Below are positions 10,742-21,544 of a stretch of DNA of 64,000 bases, piece by piece; position 1 is the stretch's first letter; each line of letters begins with the position of its first letter. The stretch covers positions 806,001 through 870,000 of the forward strand of contig JANHCV010000010.1 in NCBI GenBank assembly GCA_025594325.1. The letters run 5' to 3'. The translations under genes and the position numbers were made by a program. A model generated the notes under the pieces. The model did no database searches, was not told the origin of the DNA, and was given only the letters and a program-made list of their open reading frames with translations. The stretch comes from Blastocladiella emersonii ATCC 22665. Its lineage: Eukaryota; Fungi; Blastocladiomycota.

Positions 10742-12198
10742 ATGTCCGCAGCGCCCCCTGCGGCGTCCCCTACGTCGTCGTCCTCCTCGTCGCCGTCCCC
10801 ATCGCTCTCAGCCACCTCGTCGCTCGGCGGAACCCCAGAGCCGCCCGCGGGGAACCTGCCGTCGCCCACCCACACGGGCCCGAGCCCGCCGCTCTCGCCG
10901 CCCCACTGGGACTCGTCGGACGCTGCCAAGGTCGCTGCTGCGGCTGCTGCGCCGCTCGCCGAACCCATGAGCGTCGACGCGCCGCCATCAACGACTGCGG
11001 CGGCCGTTGCGCCCAACGAGGCGCCCGTCGTGCCGCGCCCCGCCGACGCCGACGCCATGGACGAGGACGCGCCCGCGCCGCAGTCCGACTCCGACTCCGA
11101 CTCCGACTCCGACGACGACGAGCCGCCGCTGCCGTACGACCTGCGCATCACGGGCATCGCCGACTCGGGCGCCAAGTCGCGCGTCGAGACCCAGATCAAG
11201 ATCGGCCTGCAGCTCGTCGACCGCGCCAACCCCGCCGCCAAGGTCACGCGGTTCCGCACCCTGCGCCTCCCGCCGCTCCTCGTCTCCAACGAGAAGTGGA
11301 TGCGCGCAAAGGACCCGCTCGTATCGGCCGCGAGCGACGATCCGAACGCCGCGGCGGAGGATGAGGAGCAGTTGGATGATAGTGCTGCGCTCTGGGTCTT
11401 TGCGTCCGTCGTCTGCGCGTCTGAGCCTGCCCGTGCGGTCACAGTGTGTCCGGGATGCGTCCAGCGCGAGGTGCGTTTGCGACTCGGAGACCATCACGAC
11501 CTATGTGTGTCTCACCTGCTATTGCTTCGCGACGTAGATCAAGCGCAACCAGCGGAAACGCCCGCCCGGCGCACCACCAACGCCGCCGCCGTCGTCCGTC
11601 TCGAGCCCGCGGTCCGGTACCGAGACCTCTTCATCCCGCCGTCGCCGCGGGGGCGCGTCCGACACCGCCCCCGCCCCACCCGCGCCACCGACGCCCGCCG
11701 ACGACCTGGCCATGAACGACCGCAAGATCCTGCTCGTCAACGCGCCCGCGATCCTCGACTTCGCGACGGGCGACGCGGTCCTGCCCACGCGCATCCCGTG
11801 CTACTCGCGCCACCACCGCGAGAAGCTCGGGTTCATCCTGCGCTTCGAGCTGCGCGACCGCGACGGCAACCCCGTCGCCCGCGGAGCCTCGGCGCCCATC
11901 CTCATCACCGACGACCACAAGTCCGTCAACAAGCTCAAGCGCAAGCAGGAGGCTGCGCGCGAGATGCAGCGCGAGCTGTCCATGGCAGCTGCGCCGGATG
12001 TCGCTGCGCAGCAGCAGGCGGCGGCGGCGATCCAGGCGGAGCAACAACAGCAGCACCTCCAGCTCCAGCAGATGCACCGCCAGGCCCACCACCAGCAGCA
12101 GCAGCAGCAGCAGCAGGTGCCCGCGGCGGCGGCTATGGATGTGTTCCAGCAGTCGTTTGCCGCGGCCGGGTTCCCCGCGCCACCGCCCGCGCAGCAGC

Positions 12199-12229
<31 letters not shown>

Positions 12230-15211
12230 GGGGATGCAGCTCCCCATCGAGATCCCGATGCCCGGCCAGCTCCCGCCATTCCACTCGCACCCGCACGCGG
12301 GCCTCTCCTCGGCCGCACCGGCACCCGCCGCCGTCCTCGCGCCCATGAACCTGTTGGACTCGTCGGTCCTCTCCGCCATGGACGCCATGTCGTCGTCGCA
12401 GCCGCACGACCCGACAGCTGCCCTCGCGGCCGCCGCCTTCAGCGCCGCCGCGTCCCCACACGCCACGCCCGGCGCCGCGCCCATCGCCTCGTTCGACGAC
12501 CCCGTCAGCCCGCGCGCGAGCAAGCGGCACCGCGTCGCGAGCCCGCAGGACGCGAGCGCGACCGCGACCGCAAACGCGCCGCTCTTCGCCCCCGGCACCA
12601 CGTTCTCGGACCCGATCCTCGACCAGTTCCTGTTCACGCCCATGGACCACGGCGCGTTCGCGCACGCTGCTGCCGCGGCGTCAGCGGCGGCGGTCCCGCC
12701 GCAGCAGCCGGTCGTGACGCCCGGGCCCGCGCAGACGTCGTTCCCGCAGAACGTCGATTTCGCCGCGGTCTCGGCCGCGGCAGCGGTGGCCCAGGTCCCG
12801 GCGTCGTACGCGTTCGGGTCGCCCGTGGGTGACGTCCAGCAGCAGCAGCAGCACCAGCAGCAGCCGTTCGGTACCCTGCCCATGTCGATCCCCGGGTTCG
12901 GCGTCGTTAACGTGCCCGTTGCAGGAGCGCTCTCGCCGCCGCCATTGCAGCAGCAGATCCAGCAGTTTCCGACGACGTCAGCGGTCGCGACGCCGACCGC
13001 GTCCATGTTCGCGCCGACCGCGTCGCTGCCGTTCGCTCCGCAGCAGCAACAGCCGATGCAGCAGCAGCCGCCACCACCACCAACATCCACAGCAGCGCCG
13101 CCGGGCTCGCTTGCTCAGCTTCTCGCCATGGCCAAGAACCTGTTCCCCAACAACAACGCTGCGGCGGTAGGAGGAGCGGGCTCCGCGGCCGCGAGCGTGC
13201 AGCAACAGCCGGCGGTCGCGCCCGCGGCCGAGGCGGCGCCGAACCCGATGGCGGCCATGCTCGCCAACCTGCCCAAGATCGAGCGCGTGATCCCCGCCGA
13301 GGGGCCCGTGCACGGCGGGATCGAGGTGACGCTGCTCGGCAGCGGGTTCAACGGTACGGGTGATGGTTTGAGCGGGGTGAAGCGTGCAGCTCGCTGACTC
13401 ACGTGTGCGCGAATGTGTAGAGTCGCTCACGATCCAGTTCGGCGACATCCCCGCGTCGTCGACCGCGTACTGGTCGCCCAACACGCTCGTGTGCGTGCTC
13501 CCGCCCGCACCCGCCGCGGGCGCCGTACCCGTGCTCATCAAGCAGGTGCACGACCTCGGGCTGTCGTCGCCGGGGGCGGACCAGCCGACGTTCCTGTACA
13601 AGGATGGTGCGTTCATTTTGGGGGATTCGTAGTGCTTCCTCGCCGAGCTGACCTCGTGTGCACGCGGTAGACAACGACCGCGCGCTCATGGAGCTCGCGC
13701 TGACGCTCATCGGGCTCAACCTGAACGGCAACGTCGACAACCCGCGCACCATCGCGTCGCGGATCGTCGCCACCTTCTCGCCCTTCAGCGGAGGCGGCGG
13801 CAGCAGTGGCGGTGCCGCGCAATCCCCACCATCCGCGACCCAGCGCGCGCCGCTCTCGCCCGCCGAGCTGTGGGACTGGCTCGCGCCGCGCACGCTCGCG
13901 CTCGAGGACCGCCTGCTCCGCTCGCTCGCGCTCGTCCGCAGCCTCATCGCCGACAACCCGGACACCCACGCCCCGCTCGCCGCGCAGCTCGCCAAGTCGG
14001 GCCCGTGGCTCCATCTCGCCATCCGCGCCCGCATGCCCCGCCTCGTCGCGTGGCTCGTCGGGCCCGGTGGGGTTCCGGTTCATGCCCGCGACAAGTGCGG
14101 GTGGACCGCCCTCGACCACGCGGTCCAGATCGGGTGGGCCGACGCGGCCGTCGGGCTCATGGACGTGATGCGCGCGGTGCCTCGGGCCGCTGAGGCGGCG
14201 GCGGTGGGTGCGGCCGTGGCGCCGAGTAGCGGCGAGCTCGCGATGCGGGCGGCGATTGACGCGGGCGGGCTCGCGGTCGCGGACCGGATTCCCGTCCTAC
14301 CGCCCCAGCACTCGTCGACCGTCCCGCCATCGCCCTCGCTGTCCGAGCCGGGCAAGCTCCGCTCGCGCACCGGCAAGGGCGGCAAGTCCAAGACCAAGTC
14401 GGGCATCGACCTGTCGGCGCGTCCCGCGTCCGCGACGGGCGTGACCGACGGCGACAGCGACACGGCGAGCGGGAGCGACGGTTTCTTCTCGTCCGCGGCG
14501 TCCCGCTTCCGCGACCGCCTCCCGTCCTCCTCCCTCCTCTTCTCAAGCCGTCGCCGTCGCCCGGCCTCGCTCACGGGCCTGCACATCCACGCGCGGCTCG
14601 AGCGCATCCTGCACCACCCGTGGACCGTGGTCGTGTGGCGGCTCCTCGCCATCGCGTTCCTGTGGCTGGTCCTCTCGGCGCAGCTCAAGGAGAACAACCA
14701 CGCCGCCGCCACCATGTCCACGGGCGAGGCCGCCGCGCACCGCGCGTTCCAGTCGCTCCGCGGCGGCGCCGCCAGCGTCAAGAACCTCGTCGCCCAGGCG
14801 ATCCCGACCGGGTTCCCGCTCTCGTTCGACGACCCGAGGTGGGCCGAGGTCGCGGCCGCCGCGGAAGCGCGCGAGCAGCAGTGGCGCCAGGAGGTTATCT
14901 CGCTCTGGGAGTCGGACGAGGCTCTTGATGGGGGTGCGGCCGGCGCCGCGGGGCGCGAGACGGTTGCCCGGTTCCGCGCGTTCGCTAACGATGACGGACG
15001 GCAGCAGCACCAGAAGCAGCACGCGCCGGCAGCCAAGCAGCCCGTGGTCGTCCTCGCCACGGCTACGGCGGACGAGAAGGCTGCGGGTGCTGGTCGGGTT
15101 CGTGTGGTTGGTGGCGAGGTGGACGCCGACGCAGCAGCGCGGCACCACGGCGTCCTCGAAGTCGAAGAGATCTGGGAGTTTGGCCGCGGATGGCGGTTGC
15201 ATGTTTCGTGA
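10742..15211 (+). CDS. SPT23: SPT23/MGA2-like membrane-bound transcription factor (SPT23 DNA-binding-like region, polyQ, IPT/TIG, ankyrin, TM)
   Basis: Introns at 11471-11537, about 13354-13420 and about 13607-13669. Motifs KSRVETQIKI, CPGCVQRE, RIPCYSRHHREKLGF, IERVIPAEGPVHGGIEVTLLG (IPT), RDKCGWTALDHA (ankyrin) and a late TM segment. Confidence 0.85.
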
Positions 15212-15621
15212 GCATGAATGTATTCGACTCTCTGTTTTTGTGATCGGTGCGGGGAAGAGCAAGGGCGAGAATGGAAGGGTGGGAGTGGCGCGCGGGTCAC
15301 GGTGTGGCGCAACGCGTCCATGACCGACCGCGGGTCGCGGTTTGAGGACGATGGGTCCGGAATGACCGACCAGCATACTCGAGGCTGACAAACAGATCAC
15401 GCGGACGCGGACATGAGGTGCAAACGTGTATTCAAGGGCGGGAGTGGTAAACACGGGGCGACCCAAATCGATCAACGGGACGAGAACGGACGCGGCAGGC
15501 AGCGGTCCTTGTGAGAGACGATTTGACTGGATCCAAATAAGCGCAACTTCGACTTGTAGTGAAAAGGTGCGGATCGGTCGGCAACTAGGCGTCGGGCAGC
15601 TTGGTTGCGCGCCAGCGGATT

Positions 15622-16938
15622 CTACTTGAGCTCGAGTCCGTGGTCGACGAACCACTGCAGCGAGTTGACCCATCCGAACTTGGACATGCGCTCCATGGCC
15701 CTGGCCGAATACTTGATTTCGCGGCCGGTGCGAGCAAACCAGTTCAGGACCGGGACCGAGCAGTGGTGCGGCGACACGGTGTCGATGGCGAGCTCCGTGT
15801 ACGTGAGCGCGGCCGGCGGCAAGTTCGCAGCGAGCCAATCCAGTGTGTGAATGTTGCCCGCCTGAGCGGCGAGGTTGATGACACGCGAACGCAAGATCCA
15901 GCGAGGGTCGCCGCGCGGAATGAGGTTGGCGAGGATCCAGGCGAGAATCGTCGTATCTGAAGCGTTGATGCCCGAGACAATCAGCATCTCGTGCTGCATG
16001 GAGCAAACCTCGGCACGAAACGTCGAAAACAGCCACTTGAGCGTATGAAGCGGGAACTTGTGGAAATCAAGCTCGAGGTCGGCTACTTGCACGGGCAAGT
16101 CTTGCGCAACCCACCACCGCAACACGTGGAGGTGGTTACCAAGACATGCTTCAAGGAATGGAGTGCGTTGCGTGAACTCGAGTCCGCGTGAGCGAAGCCA
16201 CTTGAGGACGTGCAAATGTCCTTTGGCTGCGGCGTGTTTAATGGCGCTCGTCGTAACCTTGAACTCGAGACCGCTCTTCCACCACCAGTCGAGTACGTCC
16301 ACATGTCCTGAGCTAGCTGCTCCATCAACGGCGCAGCTTGAGTATGTGAACGCGATGTTGTGCTCGACAAGCCACTCAAGCACGGCGCGACGACCGTCGC
16401 AAGATGCCCAGTCGACGGCGTCAGGCGAAAATTTCAGCTCAAGACCGCTCGTGCGCCACCACTCGAGGACCTCGATACATCCAGCTAGCATGGCTTTGTC
16501 GAGAGGTTTACAATCGTACGTAAACGGGGCTCCGGAAGTGCGCCATGCTTCGAGAACTTGGACGTGTAGCGTCCACAAGTTTGCAGGATGATTCGGCACG
16601 GGAAGACCAGACTTGAACCACCACGACAACAGGTCGTGGCGACCCTCCGTGCTTGGCTTTATGAGAGCGTCGACTGGGATCGGGACCTTGTAGTGAGCAG
16701 CGCCGCAATATTTGACATATTCTTTGATTAGCGGAAGGTTCATGGACTTGACGGCATCATGAAAAGTCGGCCGGATGTTGCGACGAAACACGACGCGGCG
16801 GAGCTTTGACAGTCCCGGGGCAACGCGCAGATACGGCAGCGGGTCGAAGCAATATTTTTCGCCAAGGACGGCGAGGACGAGCGTGACCTCGACCAACTCT
16901 ATAGGCAGCCGCTTGCAGCGAGTTCCATTGGATTTCAT
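15622..16938 (-). CDS. Intronless ankyrin-like repeat protein A with F-box-like N-terminal module; probably C-terminally truncated
   Basis: 438-aa ORF with repeated A(S/A)xxGHxxVLxWWxxSGL units. Paralogous to 21204-17198. Confidence 0.75.
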   Translation of the reverse strand: MKSNGTRCKRLPIELVEVTLVLAVLGEKYCFDPLPYLRVAPGLSKLRRVVFRRNIRPTFHDAVKSMNLPLIKEYVKYCGAAHYKVPIPVDALIKPSTEGRHDLLSWWFKSGLPVPNHPANLWTLHVQVLEAWRTSGAPFTYDCKPLDKAMLAGCIEVLEWWRTSGLELKFSPDAVDWASCDGRRAVLEWLVEHNIAFTYSSCAVDGAASSGHVDVLDWWWKSGLEFKVTTSAIKHAAAKGHLHVLKWLRSRGLEFTQRTPFLEACLGNHLHVLRWWVAQDLPVQVADLELDFHKFPLHTLKWLFSTFRAEVCSMQHEMLIVSGINASDTTILAWILANLIPRGDPRWILRSRVINLAAQAGNIHTLDWLAANLPPAALTYTELAIDTVSPHHCSVPVLNWFARTGREIKYSARAMERMSKFGWVNSLQWFVDHGLELK

Positions 16939-17489
16939 GGTTGTTTGTGGCTTAAAGGGAGGGAGGTGAGACCAAGGTCGTTGCGGTTTCGGGGGCGGCG
17001 AAGCGTGGGAGCGCTCGCGAAAGACGCGTGCGGGACATCACGTGCTGTGTACGACACGTGGTTTCGTCCCTTCCTTTTGAAAATACGAGGTGAGCGCGTT
17101 GCGATCACAAAATTTTGACGGAAGTGTAATAATCATATTGCAGACGCGAGACGTGCAGTCGGTAGCCAAGCCAGAAGACGGACTGAACAAGCTTAAACTA
17201 GAGGGACCAGGCTTCAAAGTCCGGCTCAGAATAAAAACAAATCGGGAGCCATCTCGCATACCACCATTTGGCAACCGAGATCTGACTCCGCTGTAGAGCG
17301 CGCGTGCCGATTGCTGGAGAGTATCTGAGGCGGTGCGCGTGGTTCGGGAACCACTGGAGCGAGGCGATCCAACCAAACTCAGGGCCCGTTTGGTTCAGAT
17401 CAGGTGGATCAGCTGAAAAAGTTGCCACGTTTCACCTCACCCCGTTCATCTCAGCGGCCGTGCGAACCAAACGCCCCGCTGGATGAACG

Positions 17490-17509
17490 CCCCCCCCCCC
17501 CCCCCCCCC
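17490..17509 (+). repeat. C20 homopolymer inside the left end of the Harbinger element
   Basis: Twenty consecutive C residues seen directly. Confidence 0.9.
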
Positions 17510-17602
17510 GCAATAAAATCTTTCCCACCTCTTTGCAGCCGCGCTTATTGCAACGAATCAACACCTAACCTCACGCATCGTGTTCTCGAGCCCTCAAACA
17601 AC

Positions 17603-18919
17603 ATGGGCAAGGGATACAACCGCAAGCTGCGCGGCCTAATGCTCACAGCCGCCCTCGCTCTCCTGCGACGTCTCGCTGCTCGCAACGAGCGCCGCTCGTG
17701 GGAGCCTATCCGCACGTCCACGCTTCCGGCGAGTCGTGGGTTCAAGAGCTGCTGACGTGCAACAGCGAAACGCGTTTTTCGGAAATCGCCCGTATGCCCC
17801 GCAAGACCTTCAAGGCCATCTGCCGCCTGTTCCGCGACCGTGGCCTTCTCGCCGACGGCCGCGAGCTGTCCGTCGAGGCGCGCTTCATGGTTTTTCTTGT
17901 CATGGCTGGCGAGGGCAGCACCAACCGCAACCTCAGGGAGCGGTTCCAAATCTCTGGCGAGACCGCGTCCAGGGTTCTGAAGCAAGTGCTCGACGCTCTG
18001 TACCGCCTGATGCCCGAGTTCATTGTCCAGCCGTCCGATTCTACGCCCGTGCATGAGCGCATCGCCCACGACCCAAAATACGCTCCGTTCCAGAACGCGG
18101 TCGGCGCGCTTGACGGAACGCACATCCCGTTTGTTGTGCCCACTAAGCTTCACGACTCGTTCCGAAACCGCAAGGGGACCATATCCTCAAATGTCCTCGC
18201 TGCCTGCGACTTTGACTTGAACTTCACCTACGTTCTTGCAGGGTGGGAGGGCAAGGCGCATGACTCGCGCGTGCTCTTGGACGCCTTCGCCCGTGGGTTC
18301 AAGATCCCCGCCGGCCGCTTCTACCTCGCCGACGGCGGCTACGCAAACCGCACGTCCATCATCGTGCCCTTCCGCGGTACCCGCTATCATCTTCGCGAGT
18401 TTGCCCGCGGCAAGGATGGGTACGTTCTCACTGCCATGACCATCACGTTGGCGCCATCTCATCCGCTTCATCAACGTACGTAGAGTTAAGAACCGCGAGG
18501 AGCTTTTCAATCTGCGTCACGCGTCGCTCCGCAACTCTGTTGAGCGTATCTTTGGCGTGCTCAAGAAGCGGTTCCGCGTCCTCTCGATTGGCGCGGCCTA
18601 CCCAATCAAGACTCAAGTCAAGCTTGTGTACGCGCTCTGCACGCTGCACAACATGATCAACAAGTGGAACCAAGGCGGCGACGCCTTCTTTCGCGACGCC
18701 GAGACGGAGCTCCGGCGCGCGCGGGACGCGGCGCGTGAGGCGCGTGTGCGTGGGCGCGAGCCCCTGAACGACGAGAACGAGGAGGACGACGAGGCCGCTG
18801 TCCTCGAGGCCTCGCTGGACGGAGCTCGTCAGCGCGGTATCTCGCTTCGGAACCGCATCGCAAATGTTCTTTGGACCGAGTACAGGCGCGTCATGGCCGC
18901 TCGTGGGACCCGTCTTTGA
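17603..18919 (+). pseudogene. Harbinger DDE transposase (DDE_Tnp_4-like) with an apparent 1-nt frameshift near 17725
   Basis: Motifs GALDGTH, RNRKG, AGWEGKAHDSRV, YLADGGY, YHL, ELFNLRHASLRNSVERIFGVLKKRF. Intron 18420-18483. The N-terminus (RTSTL) is one base out of frame with SGESWVQELL. Confidence 0.88.
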
Positions 18920-19232
18920 AGGCGCGAAATAATTGTTGTACCCGCATGCATGCTGTAATATACTGATTTGTCAAGTACTATAATGTTATATAAGCGATTC
19001 TAGATGATTTGACGCGTCGCTGAGGTCAGAACGCATCGGTGGAGACGCGTCGATCAATCACGTGACGTGCGAGACACTTTGAGAACCACGCGTTTCTCAA
19101 CGAGTCGCGTCATTTTCGAGCGAAGGGTAACGATTGAAGATACGATGGACACAAAGCCAGATGTATTGGACACAAATGGGCGAGAACAAGGCCAGGAAGC
19201 AACGCGAGGGGAGGGGGACATGTGCGAGTGAG

Positions 19233-19697
19233 CTACTGAATGAAAATCTCGAGGATGCGCTTGCGCTTCGATTCGGACACGGCCATGACGCGAAGCGCTT
19301 GATCCTCGGTCAGGCGGGTGGCGACGTCGATCTGGTACTCTTCATTGTCGTTGTACGCGTCCTGGACCCATTCAAGTGCGGCGGTCAGGACGGGCTTGGA
19401 GTCGGCGGTCGCGACGCTCTGGAACACCTCCTTGATGCCCATGAGGAATTCCGAGTCCGAGAGGCGACGCGAGCTGCTGTCCGAAGTGCGGCTGCGCTTG
19501 CTGGCGGGGGCCGCGTCGTCTTGACCATCGACACCTTCCACGTCACCAGACTCCTTGCCGTCCTGCTCGAGGTGCGAGTACTCGCCGGTGGTGGTCGAGC
19601 CGCCCCACGAAGGAAAACAGCGTTTATATAGGCCGGGAAGCACAGCCTGAAGGTTTCGGGGGCGAGCAGACGGGCAATTCAGCGACGAGGGTTCCAT
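19233..19697 (-). pseudogene. C-terminal remnant of the Harbinger accessory (Myb/SANT-like) ORF
   Basis: Convergent with the transposase. Begins near a GGSTTTGEYS motif and continues through an acidic/Ser linker into a helical tail. No Trp-rich Myb domain is visible upstream. Confidence 0.55.
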
Positions 19698-21544
19698 TCA
19701 GCTCATCCGGGGGTCGACCCAAACGCCGCGATGAACGCGACGGGGTGAAAATGCCACGTTTCAGCTGGGTGAACACCGGACCGTGTAAAATCGATTGATC
19801 CACCTGATTCACCCCGGAACCAAACGGGCCCTCAGTCATGCGCTCCATGGCCATGGTCGTGTACTTGCGCTCAAAGTCGGGCGGGGTGAAAAAGCAATCG
19901 TCGAGCCACCGATTGTACCACCATTTGGCCACCGCAATCTGGCCTCGATCGAAAGCGCGTGTGCCGATTCCTGGGTGGTACTTGAGACGGAGCCCGTGGT
20001 TCGGGAACCATTGGAGCGAGGTGGTCCAGCCGAACTGGGTCATGCGCTCCATCGCCAAGGGCGTGTACTTGATCTCGCAGCCATGCTGGTGGAACCACTC
20101 GAGGATTGGTACCGAGCAGCGAAACGGCGAGACCGCATCAATGGCATACGCTGTGTACGTGAGGGTCTCCGGCGGAATATTTGCCACCAGCCAGTTCAAG
20201 GCGACGATATTTCCAGCTTCGCAAGCGCGGTCGATGACGGACGGGGTCATGGTCCAATGCGGGTCGCAGCACGGGATGATGCTCGAAGCGAGCCAGGCCA
20301 GGAATGTCGAGTTTGGTGCAGTGAGACCTGTCATAATGAGATCATGTCGAGGCAGCGTATCAATCCAGTCCTTGCCAGCTTCAAGAATCCAGTCCAGGGT
20401 TACGCGTGGTAGGCGATGAAAATTCTGCCGGAGCAGGTTGAGATCAATGGGACCGCCGTGAGCCATCCACCAGCGCAAGATGTGGACATGGCCGTTCTGG
20501 CACGCCTTGAGGAAAGCGGAGTGCTGCTTGACTTGGAGGGTGCCGGTTCGCCACCACTCGAGCGAATTGAGGTGACCGGCGGCAGCTGCACCTTCGAAAG
20601 CAAAACTCGAGTAGCTGAACGGAATCCCGTGGTCGATGAACCACTGAAGAACGTGAGGATGGCCGTTGGCCGACGCGCGATCGACAGCATGATGCGTGAG
20701 CTTGACTTCATATCCGCTCGACCGCCACCATTGTAGCGCTTCAATACTTCCGGAAGCAGCAGCCGCTTCAATTGAGAAGTGATCGTACTGAAAAAACGGG
20801 ATACCAGAAGACCGCCAAAGCTCGAGAATCCGCGCATCAGTCGAGTAAGAGTGGGCAACGTGTCCCGTCACACGCAGTCCCGACGTGAGCCACCACGAAA
20901 CGAGGTCAAAGCGGTTGGACATGCTCGGTTGGACGAGGACGTTGTCCGAGACTTTGAAGTGGGCAGCGCCGTAGTGTCGAACGTACTCGCGGAGAAGCGG
21001 CAAGTTCATCGATTTTACCGCATCATTGAACGTCGGCAGGGTCATCTTCTTGAAGACAAGTGTTTGGAGCATAGGCATGCCCGGCGCCACATGCAGGTAC
21101 GGGAGCGGATTGAACCCGGGCTTTTCGCGGAGGACAGTGAGGATGAGGATGTCCTCAATAAGCTCGAGGGGCATCGCTCTGCGAGAAGTTTCATTTGCGG
21201 CCATGGCTTCAAGCTAGTCTTTTGCTCTCGGTGTGACAGGGTTGGAGGAGGACGGGTTTCAGCGAGGGGAAGCCATCACTGCACTCCCAGTACTGCATAC
21301 ACTGGGCCTCGTGACCGAACCGCAGGATTCCGATGAATATTCTCAAGAACAGGCCTCGGTTGCAGCAAGTCTTTGGTCCATTCGATCCGTGTGCGTCGAG
21401 CAACAGGGAGCGCAAGCGCGAGGCCAACCTTGGAGCCGACCAACGAGGCCACGGCGTGGCGCACGTCAAGTCGCCGCGTGTGTCGGCAACCTTCCTCGCT
21501 CTCGGTGGTCGCCCACTTGAATGAAGCAACGATAAACGCAGCTC

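Larger units (their letters stand above)
17382..19831 (+). mobile_element. PIF/Harbinger DNA transposon, 2450 bp
   Basis: Perfect 15-bp TIRs GGGCCCGTTTGGTTC (17382-17396) and GAACCAAACGGGCCC (19817-19831). 3-bp TSD TCA at 17379-17381 and 19832-19834. Contains a DDE transposase and a convergent second ORF. Confidence 0.95.
17198..21204 (-). pseudogene. Ankyrin-like repeat protein B, disrupted by the Harbinger insertion
   Basis: The 5' part 21204-19832 and the 3' part 17378-17198 rejoin in frame (MERMT-E-FGWIASLQWFPNH) once the element and one TSD are removed, giving 1554 nt = 517 aa plus stop. Confidence 0.88.

Noticed and set aside
12040-13210. (CAG)n tracts, (CCGACT)n at about 11086-11112 and other short tandem repeats as a CRISPR-like or functional array
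   Set aside because: They encode polyQ and Asp-Ser runs in SPT23. There are no repeat-spacer units, and such tracts are ordinary in fungal transcription factors.
17490-17509. C20 run as a G-quadruplex or regulatory element
   Set aside because: A single homopolymer inside a transposon; its length is unreliable in assemblies and there is no supporting context.
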